Shown here piece after piece: positions 8,975 to 20,286 of a stretch of DNA of 64,000 nt (position 1 is its first letter; every line of letters starts with the position of its first letter). The DNA is from an uncultured Porphyromonadaceae bacterium. GTDB lineage: Bacteria; Bacteroidota; Bacteroidia; Bacteroidales; UBA12481. The translations under genes were made by a program, and so were the position numbers. The stretch covers positions 46,112-110,111 of the forward strand of contig CAYWHP010000002.1 in the NCBI GenBank assembly GCA_964457845.1, in the 5' to 3' direction. The notes below the pieces were generated by a model. That model saw only the letters and a program-made list of their open reading frames with translations, searched no databases and had not been told where the DNA came from.

Positions 8975-11080
8975 ATGGCACTAGATCTCTCTTATACCAG
9001 AAACATCGGTATAATGGCGCATATTGATGCGGGAAAAACCACTACTACCGAGCGCATTCTGTTTTACACCGGAATTAATCACCGGATGGGAGAAGTTCAT
9101 GACGGTGCTGCAACTATGGACTGGATGATCCAGGAACAGGAACGGGGGATAACTATTACTTCCGCCGCAACGACAACCTGGTGGAAATTTGACGGGCAGA
9201 ACTACAAAATCAATATTATTGATACTCCCGGTCATGTCGACTTTACTGTAGAGGTGGAAAGGTCACTTCGCGTCCTTGACGGGGCGATTGCCGTTTTTTG
9301 CGGTGTTAGCGGAGTAGAACCACAATCCGAAACGGTATGGCATCAGGCCGACAAGTATAAGGTTCCAAGAATCGCGTTTGTCAATAAGATGGACAGGCCC
9401 GGTTCTGATTTCGTTGGTGTGCTGAATGAGATGAAAGAAAAATTAGGGGCTAAGCCTCTGGCGATTCAGATTCCCATTGGCAATGAAGAAAAATTCATCG
9501 GCGTTATCGACCTCATTACTCAGGAAGCCTTGATATGGCCATTGGATGATTCAATGGGTTCTCACCCCGAGATTGTTCCGATTCCTCACGATATGATTGA
9601 ACAGGCAGACGAGTGGAGAAATCTTCTTGTCGAATCCGTTTGTGAAACGGATGATCGTCTGTTGGAAAAATTTTTCGAGGATAAGGACACTATCCAGCCC
9701 GAAGAGCTGATTGCTGCAATACGGGTAGCAACCCTTAACCGGGATTTGGTTCCTGTACTTTGCGGATCAGCATTCAAAAATAAGGGCGTGCAGCCTCTGC
9801 TTAATGCAATTGCTGCTTTTTTACCCAGCCCGCTGGATATCGGACCTGTTCCGGGTTTCGACCCGCTAACCGGTGCCGCAGCGACAAGGGAACCTGATCC
9901 TGACGCACCTTTCGCAGCACTCGCCTTTAAAATTGCTACTGACCCTTTTGTCGGCCGATTGGCCTACCTCAGGGTTTATTCCGGGACAATCCAGTCGGGA
10001 GCCACTGTTCATAACATGCGTACCGAAAAACGAGAAAGGATTACCCGATTATATCAAATGCACGCTAATAAACAGAATCCACGTGATCAGGTAGAGGCCG
10101 GAGACATCTGCGCAGCAGTTGGTTTTAAAGATATCCGCACAGGCGATACGCTTTGTGAGGACAAACATAAAATCCTGCTCGAATCGATTACTTTTCCTGA
10201 ACCTGTTCTGGGTCTCGCAGTTGAGGCCAGGACTCAGGATGAGATGTCCCGCCTTAATGACGCGTTGCAGAAGCTGGTAGAAGAAGATCCAACCCTAAAA
10301 GTTAGAATTGATGATGAATCCGGCCAAACCGTTTTAAGCGGTATGGGCGAGCTGCATCTCGATATTATTGTGGATCGCCTGAAAAGGGAGTTCAAACTGG
10401 ATATCAATCGAGGTTTGCCTCAGGTGGCTTACAAAGAATCCATCAGACTGGAAAATGAAGTTCACCTGGTATTCCGGAAAGATACCGGCGGAAAGAATAT
10501 GTTCGCAGAAATTTTCGTCAGAATATCACCGGCAACGAATACAAAAGGTCTCGAGTTCACTTCCGAATTAAAACCTGATCAGCTTCCGCGATCCTATATC
10601 ATTGCAGTAGAGAGAGGATTCAAGAATGCCATGAACAGTGGTGTTCTGGCTGGATTTCCGTTTAACAGGCTTAAGGTTACCCTAACCGGGGGATCTTTTC
10701 ATCCTGTTGATTCCGATGACCTGTCTTTTGAAATCGCAGCCCAGAAAGCCTTCAGGGAAGGCTGTGAAAAATCGCGGCCGGTTCTCATGGAACCGATTAT
10801 GAGCCTCGAGGTTGTTTCACCTGATGAATATGTAGGGGATGTTATTGCCGATCTCAACAAACGACGCGGACAGGTTTCCGGAATGGAAAACAAACCCGGC
10901 GGTCGGGTAGTGAAAGCTACCGTACCGCTTTCTGAGCAATTTGGTTATGTGACAATTTTACGCACACTAACCTCAGGCCGGGCAAGTTCAACAATGGAGT
11001 TTTCACATTATGAGGAAGTTCCCAGGGAAATCGCCGTTTCAGCATTACAAAAAGTATTTGGAAGAGTGGATTTATTGTAG
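8975..11080 (+). CDS. fusA: Elongation factor G (canonical)
   Basis: 701 aa with canonical motifs [21 protein letters not shown] and SAFKNKG, in the str-operon position. Confidence 0.97.
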   Translation: MALDLSYTRNIGIMAHIDAGKTTTTERILFYTGINHRMGEVHDGAATMDWMIQEQERGITITSAATTTWWKFDGQNYKINIIDTPGHVDFTVEVERSLRVLDGAIAVFCGVSGVEPQSETVWHQADKYKVPRIAFVNKMDRPGSDFVGVLNEMKEKLGAKPLAIQIPIGNEEKFIGVIDLITQEALIWPLDDSMGSHPEIVPIPHDMIEQADEWRNLLVESVCETDDRLLEKFFEDKDTIQPEELIAAIRVATLNRDLVPVLCGSAFKNKGVQPLLNAIAAFLPSPLDIGPVPGFDPLTGAAATREPDPDAPFAALAFKIATDPFVGRLAYLRVYSGTIQSGATVHNMRTEKRERITRLYQMHANKQNPRDQVEAGDICAAVGFKDIRTGDTLCEDKHKILLESITFPEPVLGLAVEARTQDEMSRLNDALQKLVEEDPTLKVRIDDESGQTVLSGMGELHLDIIVDRLKREFKLDINRGLPQVAYKESIRLENEVHLVFRKDTGGKNMFAEIFVRISPATNTKGLEFTSELKPDQLPRSYIIAVERGFKNAMNSGVLAGFPFNRLKVTLTGGSFHPVDSDDLSFEIAAQKAFREGCEKSRPVLMEPIMSLEVVSPDEYVGDVIADLNKRRGQVSGMENKPGGRVVKATVPLSEQFGYVTILRTLTSGRASSTMEFSHYEEVPREIAVSALQKVFGRVDLL

Positions 11081-11096
11081 ATAAATATTAAAAGGA

Positions 11097-11402
11097 ATGA
11101 GTCAGAAAATCAGAATTAAGTTGAAGTCTTACGATCACAACCTGGCCGATAAGTCAGCAGAGAAGATCGTCAAGACGGTAAAGAGCACCGGAGCCGTTGT
11201 GAGTGGTCCCATTCCGCTCCCTACGCACACCAGGGTTTTTACTGTACTGAGGTCAACTTTCGTGAACAAAAAGTCGAGAGAACAATTTCAGCTGAGCTCA
11301 TACAAAAGGCTGATTGACATTTACGGTTCCACAGCAAAGACTATCGATGCGCTGATGAAGTTGGAACTGCCGAGCGGAGTTGAAGTTGAAATTAAAGTAT
11401 AA
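11097..11402 (+). CDS. rpsJ: 30S ribosomal protein S10
   Basis: [21 protein letters not shown]... First gene of the S10 block. Confidence 0.97.
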   Translation: MSQKIRIKLKSYDHNLADKSAEKIVKTVKSTGAVVSGPIPLPTHTRVFTVLRSTFVNKKSREQFQLSSYKRLIDIYGSTAKTIDALMKLELPSGVEVEIKV

Positions 11403-11419
11403 TTATAAGAGCTAATAAG

Positions 11420-12040
11420 ATGCAAGGCTTAATCGGGAAAAAGATCGGGATGACTTCTGTTTTCGCTGCTGATGGAAAGAATGTTCCATGCACCGTTATC
11501 GAAGTGGGTCCCTGTGTGGTTACCCAGATCAAAACCCACGAAAAAGATGGGTATGAAGCTGTGCAGGTGGCCTTTGACGATAAAAAGGAGAAGAACACCC
11601 CAAAACCGATGCTGGGTCATTTCAAGAAAGCCAATACCACACCGAAACGTGAGGTAGCGGAGTTTCAGGCCGACAATGGTGAAATGGTGAAGCTGGGTGA
11701 TGTGCTAACAGTAGATAACTTTAGTAATGACCGTTGGGTCGATGTAACCGGAGTGTCGAAGGGTAAGGGATTCCAGGGCGTTATCAAACGTCATGGTTTC
11801 AGCGGTGTAGGTGACAGTACGCACGGACAGCACAACCGCCTCAGGGCTCCTGGCTCTTTGGGCGCTTCCTCCTATCCTAGCCGCGTATTCAAGGGAATGC
11901 GCATGGCCGGGCATACCGGGGCAAAAAGCGTTAAGTTGCTGAGTCTGCAGATCCTGAAAATCGTTCCGGAGCATAACCTTATGATCGTTAAGGGTTCAGT
12001 CCCCGGTGCCAAAGGTTCATACGTAATAATTGAGAAGTAA
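11420..12040 (+). CDS. rplC: 50S ribosomal protein L3
   Basis: [15 protein letters not shown]..., with conserved operon order. Confidence 0.96.
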   Translation: MQGLIGKKIGMTSVFAADGKNVPCTVIEVGPCVVTQIKTHEKDGYEAVQVAFDDKKEKNTPKPMLGHFKKANTTPKREVAEFQADNGEMVKLGDVLTVDNFSNDRWVDVTGVSKGKGFQGVIKRHGFSGVGDSTHGQHNRLRAPGSLGASSYPSRVFKGMRMAGHTGAKSVKLLSLQILKIVPEHNLMIVKGSVPGAKGSYVIIEK

Positions 12041-12669
12041 TGAAACTAGCAGTATACAAAACAACCGGTGAAGATACCGGCCGGAGCGTGGAACTGCGTG
12101 ATGATATTTTTGCCATCAGTCCGAATGATCACGCAATCTACCTTGATGTAAAGCAGTTTATGGCCAATAAGCGCCAGGGAACGCACAAATCAAAGGAGCG
12201 GAATGAAATTAGCGGTAGTTCCAAAAAGATTAAAAAGCAAAAAGGAACAGGCGGAGCCCGCGCAGGGAACATCAAGTCGCCGCTGTTCCGAGGCGGTGGT
12301 CGGGTTTTCGGACCTGTACCGCGTGATTACAGCTTCAAACTGAACAAGAAGGTTAAAATCCTCGCGCGAAAATCTGCACTGAGCTACAAGGCTCTGGATG
12401 CCCAGATTGTCGTCGTTGAAGACTTCAACATCGAGGTGCCAAAGACTAAGGCAATGATCGAGATCAGAGAAAACCTGAAATCTGAGAATAAAAAAGTGTT
12501 ATTGGTTTTAAATGAACCGAATAAAAACATATATTTGTCCTCTCGAAATTTACAGGGAATAAAAGTTGTAATGGTCTCAGATTTAAACACTTACGATATA
12601 TTGAACGCTTCGTCGGTAGCCTTTTTAGAGAGTTCCATTGAAGCTTTGAATGCAAATTTCGTACAATAA
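12040..12669 (+). CDS. rplD: 50S ribosomal protein L4
   Basis: [22 protein letters not shown] motif. The ATG overlaps the rplC TAA by 1 nt. Confidence 0.95.
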   Translation: MKLAVYKTTGEDTGRSVELRDDIFAISPNDHAIYLDVKQFMANKRQGTHKSKERNEISGSSKKIKKQKGTGGARAGNIKSPLFRGGGRVFGPVPRDYSFKLNKKVKILARKSALSYKALDAQIVVVEDFNIEVPKTKAMIEIRENLKSENKKVLLVLNEPNKNIYLSSRNLQGIKVVMVSDLNTYDILNASSVAFLESSIEALNANFVQ

Positions 12670-12681
12670 TTAAAGGGAGCC

Positions 12682-12972
12682 ATGGATATTCTGATCAAGC
12701 CGATAGTAACTGAAAAAATGACGGGACAGACCGAAGATCTTAAATTGTACGGTTTTATCGTCGACAAGAGGGCCAATAAAAATCAGATCAAGAAAGCTGT
12801 ACAGGATATGTATGGTGTTTCTGTTGTTTCTGTTAACACCATGCGTTATGGTGGTAAGGAAAAATCGAGATTTACCCGCGCCGGGGTGGTCCGTGGAAAG
12901 AACGCTGCCTTTAAAAAGGCTATTGTTTCCCTGCATGAAGGTGATGTCATAGATTTTTACAGCAATATTTAA
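12682..12972 (+). CDS. rplW: 50S ribosomal protein L23
   Basis: MDILIKPIVTEK..., 96 aa, operon order. Confidence 0.95.
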   Translation: MDILIKPIVTEKMTGQTEDLKLYGFIVDKRANKNQIKKAVQDMYGVSVVSVNTMRYGGKEKSRFTRAGVVRGKNAAFKKAIVSLHEGDVIDFYSNI

Positions 12973-12978
12973 TAAGCA

Positions 12979-13803
12979 ATGGCAGTTCGCAGTTTTAATC
13001 CCGTAACACCGGGACAGAGAAAGAAGATCATCGGGACATTTGAGGAGATTACCAAAGGTACACCCGAGAAATCTTTGCTGAAGCCGGCCAAAAGATCTGG
13101 TGGACGTAACAATAGCGGCCGAATGACCATGAGGTACATGGGTGGCGGTCACAAGCAGATGTACCGTATTATCGATTTTAAGAGAGATAAGGACGGTATA
13201 CCGGCAAAAGTATCATCGATTGAGTATGATCCTAACCGTACTGCCCGTATTGCGTTATTGGTTTATGCCGACGGAGAAAAAAGGTACATCATTGCACCGA
13301 ACGGTCTGACAGTTGGCACGAATGTGATGTCGGGATCCGGTATTGCCCCTGAAGTGGGGAACAGTTTGCCACTTGGTGAAATACCTCTGGGAACTATTGT
13401 ACACAACATCGAACTTCGCCCGGGACAGGGTGGATCGATTGCTCGTGGCGCCGGTTCGTATGCACAAATCGTATCCAGGGAAGGTCGCTACGCTATCGTT
13501 AAGATGCCATCAAGCGAAACCCGTCTGGTTTTGGTGGCTTGCCGGGCAACAATCGGAACCGTTTCGAATTCCGACCATGGTCTGGAAAGTGATGGTAAAG
13601 CCGGTCGTGAAAGATGGCAGGGGCGCAGACCGCGTGTAAGGGGCGTTGTTATGAACCCGGTTGATCACCCGATGGGTGGTGGCGAAGGTCGTGCTTCCGG
13701 CGGACATCCGCGGTCGCGTAAAGGCCTGCTCGCAAAAGGGTACAAGACTCGCCATCCGAAGAAATCTTCTTCAAAGTTTATTCTTGAAAGACGTAAAAAG
13801 TAA
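12979..13803 (+). CDS. rplB: 50S ribosomal protein L2
   Basis: [14 protein letters not shown] motif, 274 aa. Confidence 0.97.
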   Translation: MAVRSFNPVTPGQRKKIIGTFEEITKGTPEKSLLKPAKRSGGRNNSGRMTMRYMGGGHKQMYRIIDFKRDKDGIPAKVSSIEYDPNRTARIALLVYADGEKRYIIAPNGLTVGTNVMSGSGIAPEVGNSLPLGEIPLGTIVHNIELRPGQGGSIARGAGSYAQIVSREGRYAIVKMPSSETRLVLVACRATIGTVSNSDHGLESDGKAGRERWQGRRPRVRGVVMNPVDHPMGGGEGRASGGHPRSRKGLLAKGYKTRHPKKSSSKFILERRKK

Positions 13804-13820
13804 CTGATAATAAGCATTGT

Positions 13821-14090
13821 ATGAGCCGATCATTAAAAAAGGGTCCCTTTATCGAATTTAGCCTGGAGAAGAAAATCCTCGCTTTAAATTCAGCTTCCAA
13901 AAAGTCGGTTGTGAAAACCTGGGCCAGAAGGAGCATCATATCTCCTGATTTTGTTGGACATACTGTTGCCGTTCACAACGGTAACAAGTTTATTCCGGTG
14001 TACATTACGGAAAATATGGTAGGGCATAAGCTTGGTGAATTCGCCCCGACAAGGATTTTCAGGGGGCATGCCGGAAACCGGAAGAAATAA
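13821..14090 (+). CDS. rpsS: 30S ribosomal protein S19
   Basis: [10 protein letters not shown]... and [23 protein letters not shown]. Confidence 0.97.
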   Translation: MSRSLKKGPFIEFSLEKKILALNSASKKSVVKTWARRSIISPDFVGHTVAVHNGNKFIPVYITENMVGHKLGEFAPTRIFRGHAGNRKK

Positions 14091-14130
14091 ATTGATTTAT
14101 CACAACTGAGACGATAATAATTCTGAAAAC

Positions 14131-14547
14131 ATGGGATCCAGAAAGCAAGAAACGGCAAATCGGAGAAAAGAGGAACGGAAATCACTATTTCTGGCTGCTC
14201 TGAACAATAATCCGACCTCGCCTCGCAAGATGCGGCTGGTAGCCGATATGATCCGGGGAATGGAAGTAAAAAGGGCTTTGGACGTACTGCGTTTTAACCC
14301 AAAGGAGGCTTCCCGGAAATTAGAGAAACTCCTGATGTCAGCCATATCAAACTGGCAGGCTAAGAACGAAGGAGCACGTATTGAAGACAGTCAATTGTAT
14401 GTTAAACAAGTATTTGTGGATTCGGCACGTATCCTGAAAAGGTTACGTCCCGCTCCTCAGGGTCGTGGTCACAGGATCAAGAAACGCTCCAATCATGTGA
14501 CAATTTATCTGGATAGTCGTAAACAAGTTGAAAAAACGGACGCATAG
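14131..14547 (+). CDS. rplV: 50S ribosomal protein L22
   Basis: [15 protein letters not shown] motif, operon order. Confidence 0.95.
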   Translation: MGSRKQETANRRKEERKSLFLAALNNNPTSPRKMRLVADMIRGMEVKRALDVLRFNPKEASRKLEKLLMSAISNWQAKNEGARIEDSQLYVKQVFVDSARILKRLRPAPQGRGHRIKKRSNHVTIYLDSRKQVEKTDA

Positions 14548-15240
14548 ATGGGACAAAAAGTTAACCCGATTAGCAATCGCCTGGGCATCATCAAAGGATG
14601 GGATTCCAATTGGTACGGCGGAAATGATTTTTCCGAGAAACTGGTTGAGGACTACAAGATCCGCGAATACCTTAATGCCCGTCTTGCCAAGGCAAGCGTG
14701 TCTAAAATTATTATCGAGCGTACTTTAAAGCTGATTACCATTACGGTTAATACTGCCCGTCCGGGTATTATTATCGGTAAGGCAGGTAAAGAGGTTGATA
14801 CGCTGAAAGAAGAATTGCGGAAAATTACCAGCAAGGAAGTCCAGATCAATATTTTTGAGATCAAACGCCCTGAAATGGATGCTGTAATTGTTGCTGCCAA
14901 TGTGGCTCGCCAGCTCGAAGGTAAGATTGCCTACAGGCGTGCTATTAAAATGGCAATTGCTTCAACGATACGCATGGGCGCCGAAGGGATCAAGATTCAG
15001 ATTTCCGGCAGGTTAAATGGTGCTGAAATGGCTCGGTCCGAAACATATAAGGAGGGTAGAATTCCACTCCATACACTCCGCGCAGATATCGACTATGCAC
15101 TCGGTGAGGCACATACCAAAGTTGGTACCACCGGGATCAAGGTCTGGATATGCAAAGGTGAAATTTTCGGCAAACGCGACCTGTCACCGAACATTGGAGC
15201 TAAAGCACCGAGAAAAGGATTTAAGAAGAGAAGAGGTTAA
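14548..15240 (+). CDS. rpsC: 30S ribosomal protein S3
   Basis: [14 protein letters not shown]... KH-domain N-terminus, 230 aa. Confidence 0.97.
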   Translation: MGQKVNPISNRLGIIKGWDSNWYGGNDFSEKLVEDYKIREYLNARLAKASVSKIIIERTLKLITITVNTARPGIIIGKAGKEVDTLKEELRKITSKEVQINIFEIKRPEMDAVIVAANVARQLEGKIAYRRAIKMAIASTIRMGAEGIKIQISGRLNGAEMARSETYKEGRIPLHTLRADIDYALGEAHTKVGTTGIKVWICKGEIFGKRDLSPNIGAKAPRKGFKKRRG

Positions 15241-15265
15241 TATCGCCTGAAAAATAAAGATTGTC

Positions 15266-15700
15266 ATGTTACAACCTAAGAAGACAAAATACAGAAGGCA
15301 GCAAAAGGGCCGGATGAAGGGGAACGCCCAGAGAGGTCACCAGTTGGCTTTTGGATCATTTGGTATCAAAGCTCTGGAAACGTGCTGGATGACCGGCCGT
15401 CAACTAGAAGCTGCCCGTGTTGCCGTTACAAGGCACATGCAACGCCAGGGCCAGATCTGGATTCGGGTTTTCCCCGATAAACCCATCACTAAGAAACCTG
15501 CTGAGGTTCGTATGGGTAAAGGTAAAGGTGCTCCGGAAGGTTTCGTTGCCAGGGTAACACCCGGCCGTATACTCTTCGAAGCCGAAGGTGTACCCCTGGC
15601 ACTTGCCCAGGAGGCTTTGCGGCTCGCAGCTCAAAAACTTCCGGTAAAAACGAAGTTTATAATCAGGCGTGATTTTGTTGAAGACTCAAATAATGAATAA
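15266..15700 (+). CDS. rplP: 50S ribosomal protein L16
   Basis: [19 protein letters not shown]... Confidence 0.97.
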   Translation: MLQPKKTKYRRQQKGRMKGNAQRGHQLAFGSFGIKALETCWMTGRQLEAARVAVTRHMQRQGQIWIRVFPDKPITKKPAEVRMGKGKGAPEGFVARVTPGRILFEAEGVPLALAQEALRLAAQKLPVKTKFIIRRDFVEDSNNE

Positions 15701-15909
15701 TGAAAAACGTAGAGATTCGCGAACTGACTGCCAAGGAGCTTAACGAAAGGATCGATACCGAGAAAGCAAACCTGGTTCGTATGAAAATGAACCATGCAGT
15801 TTCTCCGCTTGACCATCCCCACCATATTCGTGAAACCAGACGACTGGTTGCACAGCTTATGTCGGAATTGCGCAAGCGTCAGGTTAATGAAAATATGAAA
15901 AGCCTATAA
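15700..15909 (+). CDS. rpmC: 50S ribosomal protein L29
   Basis: 69 aa, IRELTAKELNERI... The ATG overlaps the rplP stop by 1 nt. Confidence 0.93.
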   Translation: MKNVEIRELTAKELNERIDTEKANLVRMKMNHAVSPLDHPHHIRETRRLVAQLMSELRKRQVNENMKSL

Positions 15910-15912
15910 TCC

Positions 15913-16170
15913 ATGGAAGACAGAAACTTGCGTAAGGAACGTACCGGTTCGGTCGTCAGCAATAAGATGGATAAGACCATAGTTGTTGCAGTTAAAAGAA
16001 AGGTAAAACATCCCATATACGGGAAGTTTGTTAACAAAACCACGAAATTCGTTGTTCACGACGAAGAGAACACCTGTAATGAAGGGGATCTTGTCCGGAT
16101 CATGGAAACCCGGCCGCTGAGCAAACGGAAAAACTGGAGATTAGTGGAAATCATTGAAAGAGCCAAGTAA
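15913..16170 (+). CDS. rpsQ: 30S ribosomal protein S17
   Basis: [21 protein letters not shown]..., 85 aa. Confidence 0.95.
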   Translation: MEDRNLRKERTGSVVSNKMDKTIVVAVKRKVKHPIYGKFVNKTTKFVVHDEENTCNEGDLVRIMETRPLSKRKNWRLVEIIERAK

Positions 16171-16172
16171 CC

Positions 16173-16538
16173 ATGATACAGCAAGAAAGTAGAATGATCG
16201 TGGCCGATAACAGCGGTGCCAAAGAAGTTTTGTGCATCCGTGTATTAGGCGGAACCGGCAAGAAATATGCTACCGTGGGTGATAAGGTAGTGGTAACAGT
16301 TAAATCGGCTTTACCTGGAGGCGACCTTAAGAAAGGTACTGTGTCCAAAGCCGTGATTGTTCGGACAACCAAAGAGATCAGGAGAAATGACGGATCCTAT
16401 ATCCGGTTCGATGACAACGCATGTGTGCTCCTTAATGCGGCAGGCGAGATTCGCGGTACCCGCATCTTCGGACCCGTTGCCCGTGAACTGCGCGAGAGCT
16501 ATATGAAGATCGTATCCCTGGCCCCCGAAGTGTTATAA
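16173..16538 (+). CDS. rplN: 50S ribosomal protein L14
   Basis: [19 protein letters not shown]... Confidence 0.97.
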   Translation: MIQQESRMIVADNSGAKEVLCIRVLGGTGKKYATVGDKVVVTVKSALPGGDLKKGTVSKAVIVRTTKEIRRNDGSYIRFDDNACVLLNAAGEIRGTRIFGPVARELRESYMKIVSLAPEVL

Positions 16539-16555
16539 TTTATAAAGCACAGACC

Positions 16556-16879
16556 ATGCAGAAGAAAATGAACATAAAGAAGGGAGATACCGTTGTCGTT
16601 ATTGCCGGTAACTCAAAAGGTCAACAGGGCCGCGTGCTCGAAGTCATCCGGAAGAATGACAGGGCTATTGTTGAGGGGGTTAATATGCTTTCAAAACACA
16701 CTAAGGCAGATAAAAACGCTCCGCAGGGTGGTATCATCAAGAGAGAAGGATCGGTACATGTTTCGAACCTGATGCTTCTGGATCCCACAACAGGAAAACC
16801 TACCCGCATCGGTCGCCGTGAGGGTGCTGATGGAAAGCTGGTTCGTTATGCGAAAAAATCAGGAGAGGAGATCAAGTAA
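16556..16879 (+). CDS. rplX: 50S ribosomal protein L24
   Basis: [24 protein letters not shown] (KOW motif). An alternative ATG lies at 16568. Confidence 0.94.
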   Translation: MQKKMNIKKGDTVVVIAGNSKGQQGRVLEVIRKNDRAIVEGVNMLSKHTKADKNAPQGGIIKREGSVHVSNLMLLDPTTGKPTRIGRREGADGKLVRYAKKSGEEIK

Positions 16880-17436
16880 TGAAATACGTTCCGAGTCTTA
16901 AGACCAAATACCAGGCAGAGATTATTCCTGCCCTGAAAAAGGAGTTCGAGTACAAAACGGTAATGCAGGTTCCGCGACTGGAAAAAATCGTTGTGAACCG
17001 CGGAGTTGGGAAGGCTGTAGCCGATAAGAAGCTGATTGAAGTAGCTCAGGAAGAACTCTCGTCCATTACCGGACAGAAAGCTGTTCAAACTCTGTCGAAA
17101 AAGGATATTTCCAATTTCAAGCTCCGGCAGAAAATGCCTATTGGCGTTAAGGTTACATTGCGTCGTGAAAAAATGTACGAATTCCTCGAAAGGCTGATTG
17201 CAGTTGCCCTTCCCCGTATTCGTGACTTCAATGGTGTTTCCGCCAAGTTTGACGGACGTGGAAACTATACCTTGGGCATTACCGAGCAGATCATATTTCC
17301 CGAGATTGAAATTGATAAGATTCACTCGATGATCGGCATGGAAATCAGTTTTGTAACAACTGCAAAGTCTGATGAAGAGGGATTTGCTCTTCTCAAGGAA
17401 TTTGGAATACCGTTTAAATCAACTAATAAGAAATAG
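16879..17436 (+). CDS. rplE: 50S ribosomal protein L5
   Basis: [17 protein letters not shown] motif, 185 aa. Confidence 0.96.
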   Translation: MKYVPSLKTKYQAEIIPALKKEFEYKTVMQVPRLEKIVVNRGVGKAVADKKLIEVAQEELSSITGQKAVQTLSKKDISNFKLRQKMPIGVKVTLRREKMYEFLERLIAVALPRIRDFNGVSAKFDGRGNYTLGITEQIIFPEIEIDKIHSMIGMEISFVTTAKSDEEGFALLKEFGIPFKSTNKK

Positions 17437-17438
17437 GG

Positions 17439-17708
17439 ATGGCAAAAGAATCCATGAAGGCCCGCGAAGTAAAGCGGCAGAAAATGGTTGAGAAATATGC
17501 CGAGAAGCGTGCTAAACTCAAAGCTGAAGGTGATTTTATCGGTTTGAGTCAACTTCCGAAGAATTCATCCAAAGTAAGGCTGCACAACCGTTGTAAATTG
17601 ACCGGAAGGCCAAAGGGTTACATGCGCCAGTTTGGGATCAGCCGTATCCAGTTCCGTGAAATGGCTTCCAATGGACTGATACCCGGTATTAAAAAAGCAA
17701 GTTGGTAA
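17439..17708 (+). CDS. rpsN: 30S ribosomal protein S14 (long, non-zinc-ribbon type)
   Basis: [13 protein letters not shown]...[19 protein letters not shown], 89 aa. Confidence 0.95.
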   Translation: MAKESMKAREVKRQKMVEKYAEKRAKLKAEGDFIGLSQLPKNSSKVRLHNRCKLTGRPKGYMRQFGISRIQFREMASNGLIPGIKKASW

Positions 17709-17727
17709 CAATTATATTTAGATAAAA

Positions 17728-18123
17728 ATGACTGATCCTATTGCAGATTACCTGACGCGCGTCCGTAATGCGATTATGGCCAAGCATAGAGTGGTAGAGA
17801 TTCCTGCATCCAAGCTTAAGAGGGAGATTACAAAAATCCTCTTCGACAAAGGATATATCCTGAGCTATAAGTTTGAAGATGACGACAAGCAGGGTATCAT
17901 CAAGATCGCGCTGAAATATCATCCGATCTCGAAGGTGTCGGCTATCAAAAGCCTGAAGCGCGTAAGCCGGCCAGGACTCCGGAAGTATAGTGACGTAGAC
18001 AATCTGCCCAGGGTTTTGAATGGTATGGGAATCGCCATACTTTCCACGTCCCACGGATTGATGACGGAAAAGGAAGCCCGCAGGGAGAATGTGGGTGGTG
18101 AGGTTATTTGTTACGTATATTAA
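17728..18123 (+). CDS. rpsH: 30S ribosomal protein S8
   Basis: [15 protein letters not shown]... Confidence 0.97.
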   Translation: MTDPIADYLTRVRNAIMAKHRVVEIPASKLKREITKILFDKGYILSYKFEDDDKQGIIKIALKYHPISKVSAIKSLKRVSRPGLRKYSDVDNLPRVLNGMGIAILSTSHGLMTEKEARRENVGGEVICYVY

Positions 18124-18134
18124 AAAACAGTACG

Positions 18135-18689
18135 ATGTCACGAGTTGGAAAATTACCCATAACATTGCCATCAGGTGTAACGGTGAATGTTCATGCCGAT
18201 AACCTGGTTGAAGTCGGTGGACCGCTTGGCACTCTTAAGCAGCAGGTTGATCCTGATATTCAGGTCAGCGTTGAAGCAGGAGTTGTTACCGTTACCCGGC
18301 CAACTGATCAGAAACGTCACCGTGCCATGCATGGCTTGTACCGCTCACTGATCCAGAACATGGTGACCGGAGTATCCACTGGATATGTTATCAAGCAGGA
18401 ATTAGTCGGTGTTGGCTACAAAGCGACCGCCGACGGACAGCTGCTTGAATTGCATCTTGGCTATTCCCACCCATTCGTCCTTCAGTTACCCGCAGAGGTT
18501 TCCGTTGAAGCCGTTACTGAAAGACGTAATAACCCCATCATTACCCTGAAAAGTATCGACAAGCAGCTGATCGGACAGATTGCTGCCAAGATTCGGTCAC
18601 TCAGGCCGCCGGAACCCTATAAGGGCAAAGGTATCAAGTTTGTTAATGAAGTTCTTCGGAGGAAATCCGGAAAGGCAGCTGGTAGCTGA
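18135..18689 (+). CDS. rplF: 50S ribosomal protein L6
   Basis: MSRVGKLPITLPSGV from ATG 18135. The track ORF start at 18108 overlaps rpsH and I judged it spurious. Confidence 0.95.
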   Translation: MSRVGKLPITLPSGVTVNVHADNLVEVGGPLGTLKQQVDPDIQVSVEAGVVTVTRPTDQKRHRAMHGLYRSLIQNMVTGVSTGYVIKQELVGVGYKATADGQLLELHLGYSHPFVLQLPAEVSVEAVTERRNNPIITLKSIDKQLIGQIAAKIRSLRPPEPYKGKGIKFVNEVLRRKSGKAAGS

Positions 18690-18733
18690 TGGATGTTCTT
18701 AATCGGAAAAATAAAAGATAAAATTTATAAGAA

Positions 18734-19093
18734 ATGGCTGTTTCTAAGCGCGAACGCAGAATAAGTATTAAGGGCAGGATCCGGAAAAGCATATCCGGGT
18801 CGGCGGAATTACCCCGGCTCTCAGTTTTCCGCAGCAATCGTCAGATTTCTGTTCAGGTAATCAATGACCTTACCGGGCAGACACTGGTTTCGGCCTCATC
18901 CCTGGAAAAGGAGATATCCTCGAAACCCAGCGTTAAGAAAATTGATCAGGCGAAGTTGGTTGGCACTTTGATTGCGCAGAAAGCAATCGCCAGCGGAATC
19001 AGTCAGGTTGTTTTCGACCGTAACGGGTATTTATATCATGGCAGAGTAAAATCATTGGCAGATGCAGCTCGTGAAGGCGGGCTTAAATTCTAA
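18734..19093 (+). CDS. rplR: 50S ribosomal protein L18
   Basis: [29 protein letters not shown]... Confidence 0.95.
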   Translation: MAVSKRERRISIKGRIRKSISGSAELPRLSVFRSNRQISVQVINDLTGQTLVSASSLEKEISSKPSVKKIDQAKLVGTLIAQKAIASGISQVVFDRNGYLYHGRVKSLADAAREGGLKF

Positions 19094-19099
19094 GAAACT

Positions 19100-19615
19100 A
19101 TGGCTACTAGCGTACGTAAGGTAAAAACAAGTGATTTGGAACTGAAGGACCGGTTGGTTGCGATCAACAGGGTAACAAAGGTGACCAAAGGGGGGCGTAA
19201 TTTCAGCTTCTCAGCAATTGTCGTTGTTGGTAATGAGGATGGCGTCGTAGGATGCGGTCTTGGTAAAGCAAATGAAGTAACAACTGCTATTGCAAAGGGT
19301 GTTGAGGCCGCAAAGAAAAACCTTATTAAGGTTCCGATCATTAATGGAACTATACCCCATGAGCAGATTGCAAAATACGGCGGAGCTACTGTTTGGCTGA
19401 AACCTGCATCCGGTGGTACGGGCGTAAAAGCAGGCGGTGCTATGCGTGCCGTTCTGGAGAGTGTCGGGGTGCGCAATGTGCTCGCGAAATCGAAAGGCTC
19501 CTCCAACCCGCACAACCTGGTTAAGGCAACCATGGCCGCATTGGTGGAAATGAGGGATGCCATCACGGTTGCACAGCACCGTGGTGTTACTCTTGATAAA
19601 GTGTTTAACGGATAA
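19100..19615 (+). CDS. rpsE: 30S ribosomal protein S5
   Basis: [21 protein letters not shown] motif, 171 aa. Confidence 0.97.
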   Translation: MATSVRKVKTSDLELKDRLVAINRVTKVTKGGRNFSFSAIVVVGNEDGVVGCGLGKANEVTTAIAKGVEAAKKNLIKVPIINGTIPHEQIAKYGGATVWLKPASGGTGVKAGGAMRAVLESVGVRNVLAKSKGSSNPHNLVKATMAALVEMRDAITVAQHRGVTLDKVFNG

Positions 19616-19629
19616 TGGAAATTGGAACC

Positions 19630-19812
19630 ATGGCTAAGATTAAGATAACCCAAACTACAAGCAAGATCCACACAACCGAAAGGCAGAAACGGACGCTTGA
19701 GGCCTTAGGATTAAGGAAGATGCACGCATGTGTCATCGTTGAAGGCACCCCCCAGATTATGGGTATGGTGGCGAAAGTTAAGCACCTGGTGACAACTGAA
19801 TCAATTAAGTAA
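19630..19812 (+). CDS. rpmD: 50S ribosomal protein L30
   Basis: MAKIKITQTTS... from ATG 19630 (60 aa). The track start at 19615 adds 5 residues. Confidence 0.92.
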   Translation: MAKIKITQTTSKIHTTERQKRTLEALGLRKMHACVIVEGTPQIMGMVAKVKHLVTTESIK

Positions 19813-19835
19813 TTAATTTGTAAGATTTTAACCCA

Positions 19836-20282
19836 ATGGATTTACATAATCTTAAACCAGCTGAAGGATCAACACACCGTGAAAAAAGGATAGGTCGCGG
19901 ACAAGGCTCAGGCCATGGCGGAACATCTACCCGTGGACACAAAGGTGCAAAATCACGCTCCGGTTACTCAAAGAAAGTTGGTTTTGAAGGCGGTCAGATG
20001 CCTATTCATCGTCGTCTTCCGAAATTTGGTTTTACCAACATCAACCGTAAGGAGTTTAAAGGAATCAATATCGGAACCATCCAGATGGTGGCTGAGAAAA
20101 TGAACATCAGTGTGGTGGATGTTGATACACTTGTATCGGTAGGGTTGGCCCGCAAAAATGACAAGGTGAAAATTCTTGGGAATGGTACACTTACTTCGAA
20201 AGTTGAAGTTAAAGCCCATGCATTTTCGGACTCTGCGGTGAAGGCAATTGAAGCTCAAAAAGGAACCGTAGTAAAACTATAA
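19836..20282 (+). CDS. rplO: 50S ribosomal protein L15
   Basis: GRGQGSGHGGTSTRGHKG motif. Confidence 0.96.
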   Translation: MDLHNLKPAEGSTHREKRIGRGQGSGHGGTSTRGHKGAKSRSGYSKKVGFEGGQMPIHRRLPKFGFTNINRKEFKGINIGTIQMVAEKMNISVVDVDTLVSVGLARKNDKVKILGNGTLTSKVEVKAHAFSDSAVKAIEAQKGTVVKL

Positions 20283-20286
20283 CCGG

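Noticed and set aside
12670-13152. Other long antisense ORFs, 160-217 aa. This one is 12670..13152. The rest are 16846..17325, 17689..18171, 23502..23984, 36172..36795, 39625..40146, 47251..47904 and 58367..58966.
   Set aside because: Each lies fully inside, and opposite to, a confidently identified conserved gene. None has a recognisable motif, signal sequence or independent promoter or terminator.
19090-19671. 193-aa ORF antisense to rpsE.
   Set aside because: It lies entirely opposite a universally conserved ribosomal protein gene. Its Ala/Pro/Thr/Ser-rich, motif-less translation is typical of shadow ORFs on the complement of strongly codon-biased genes.
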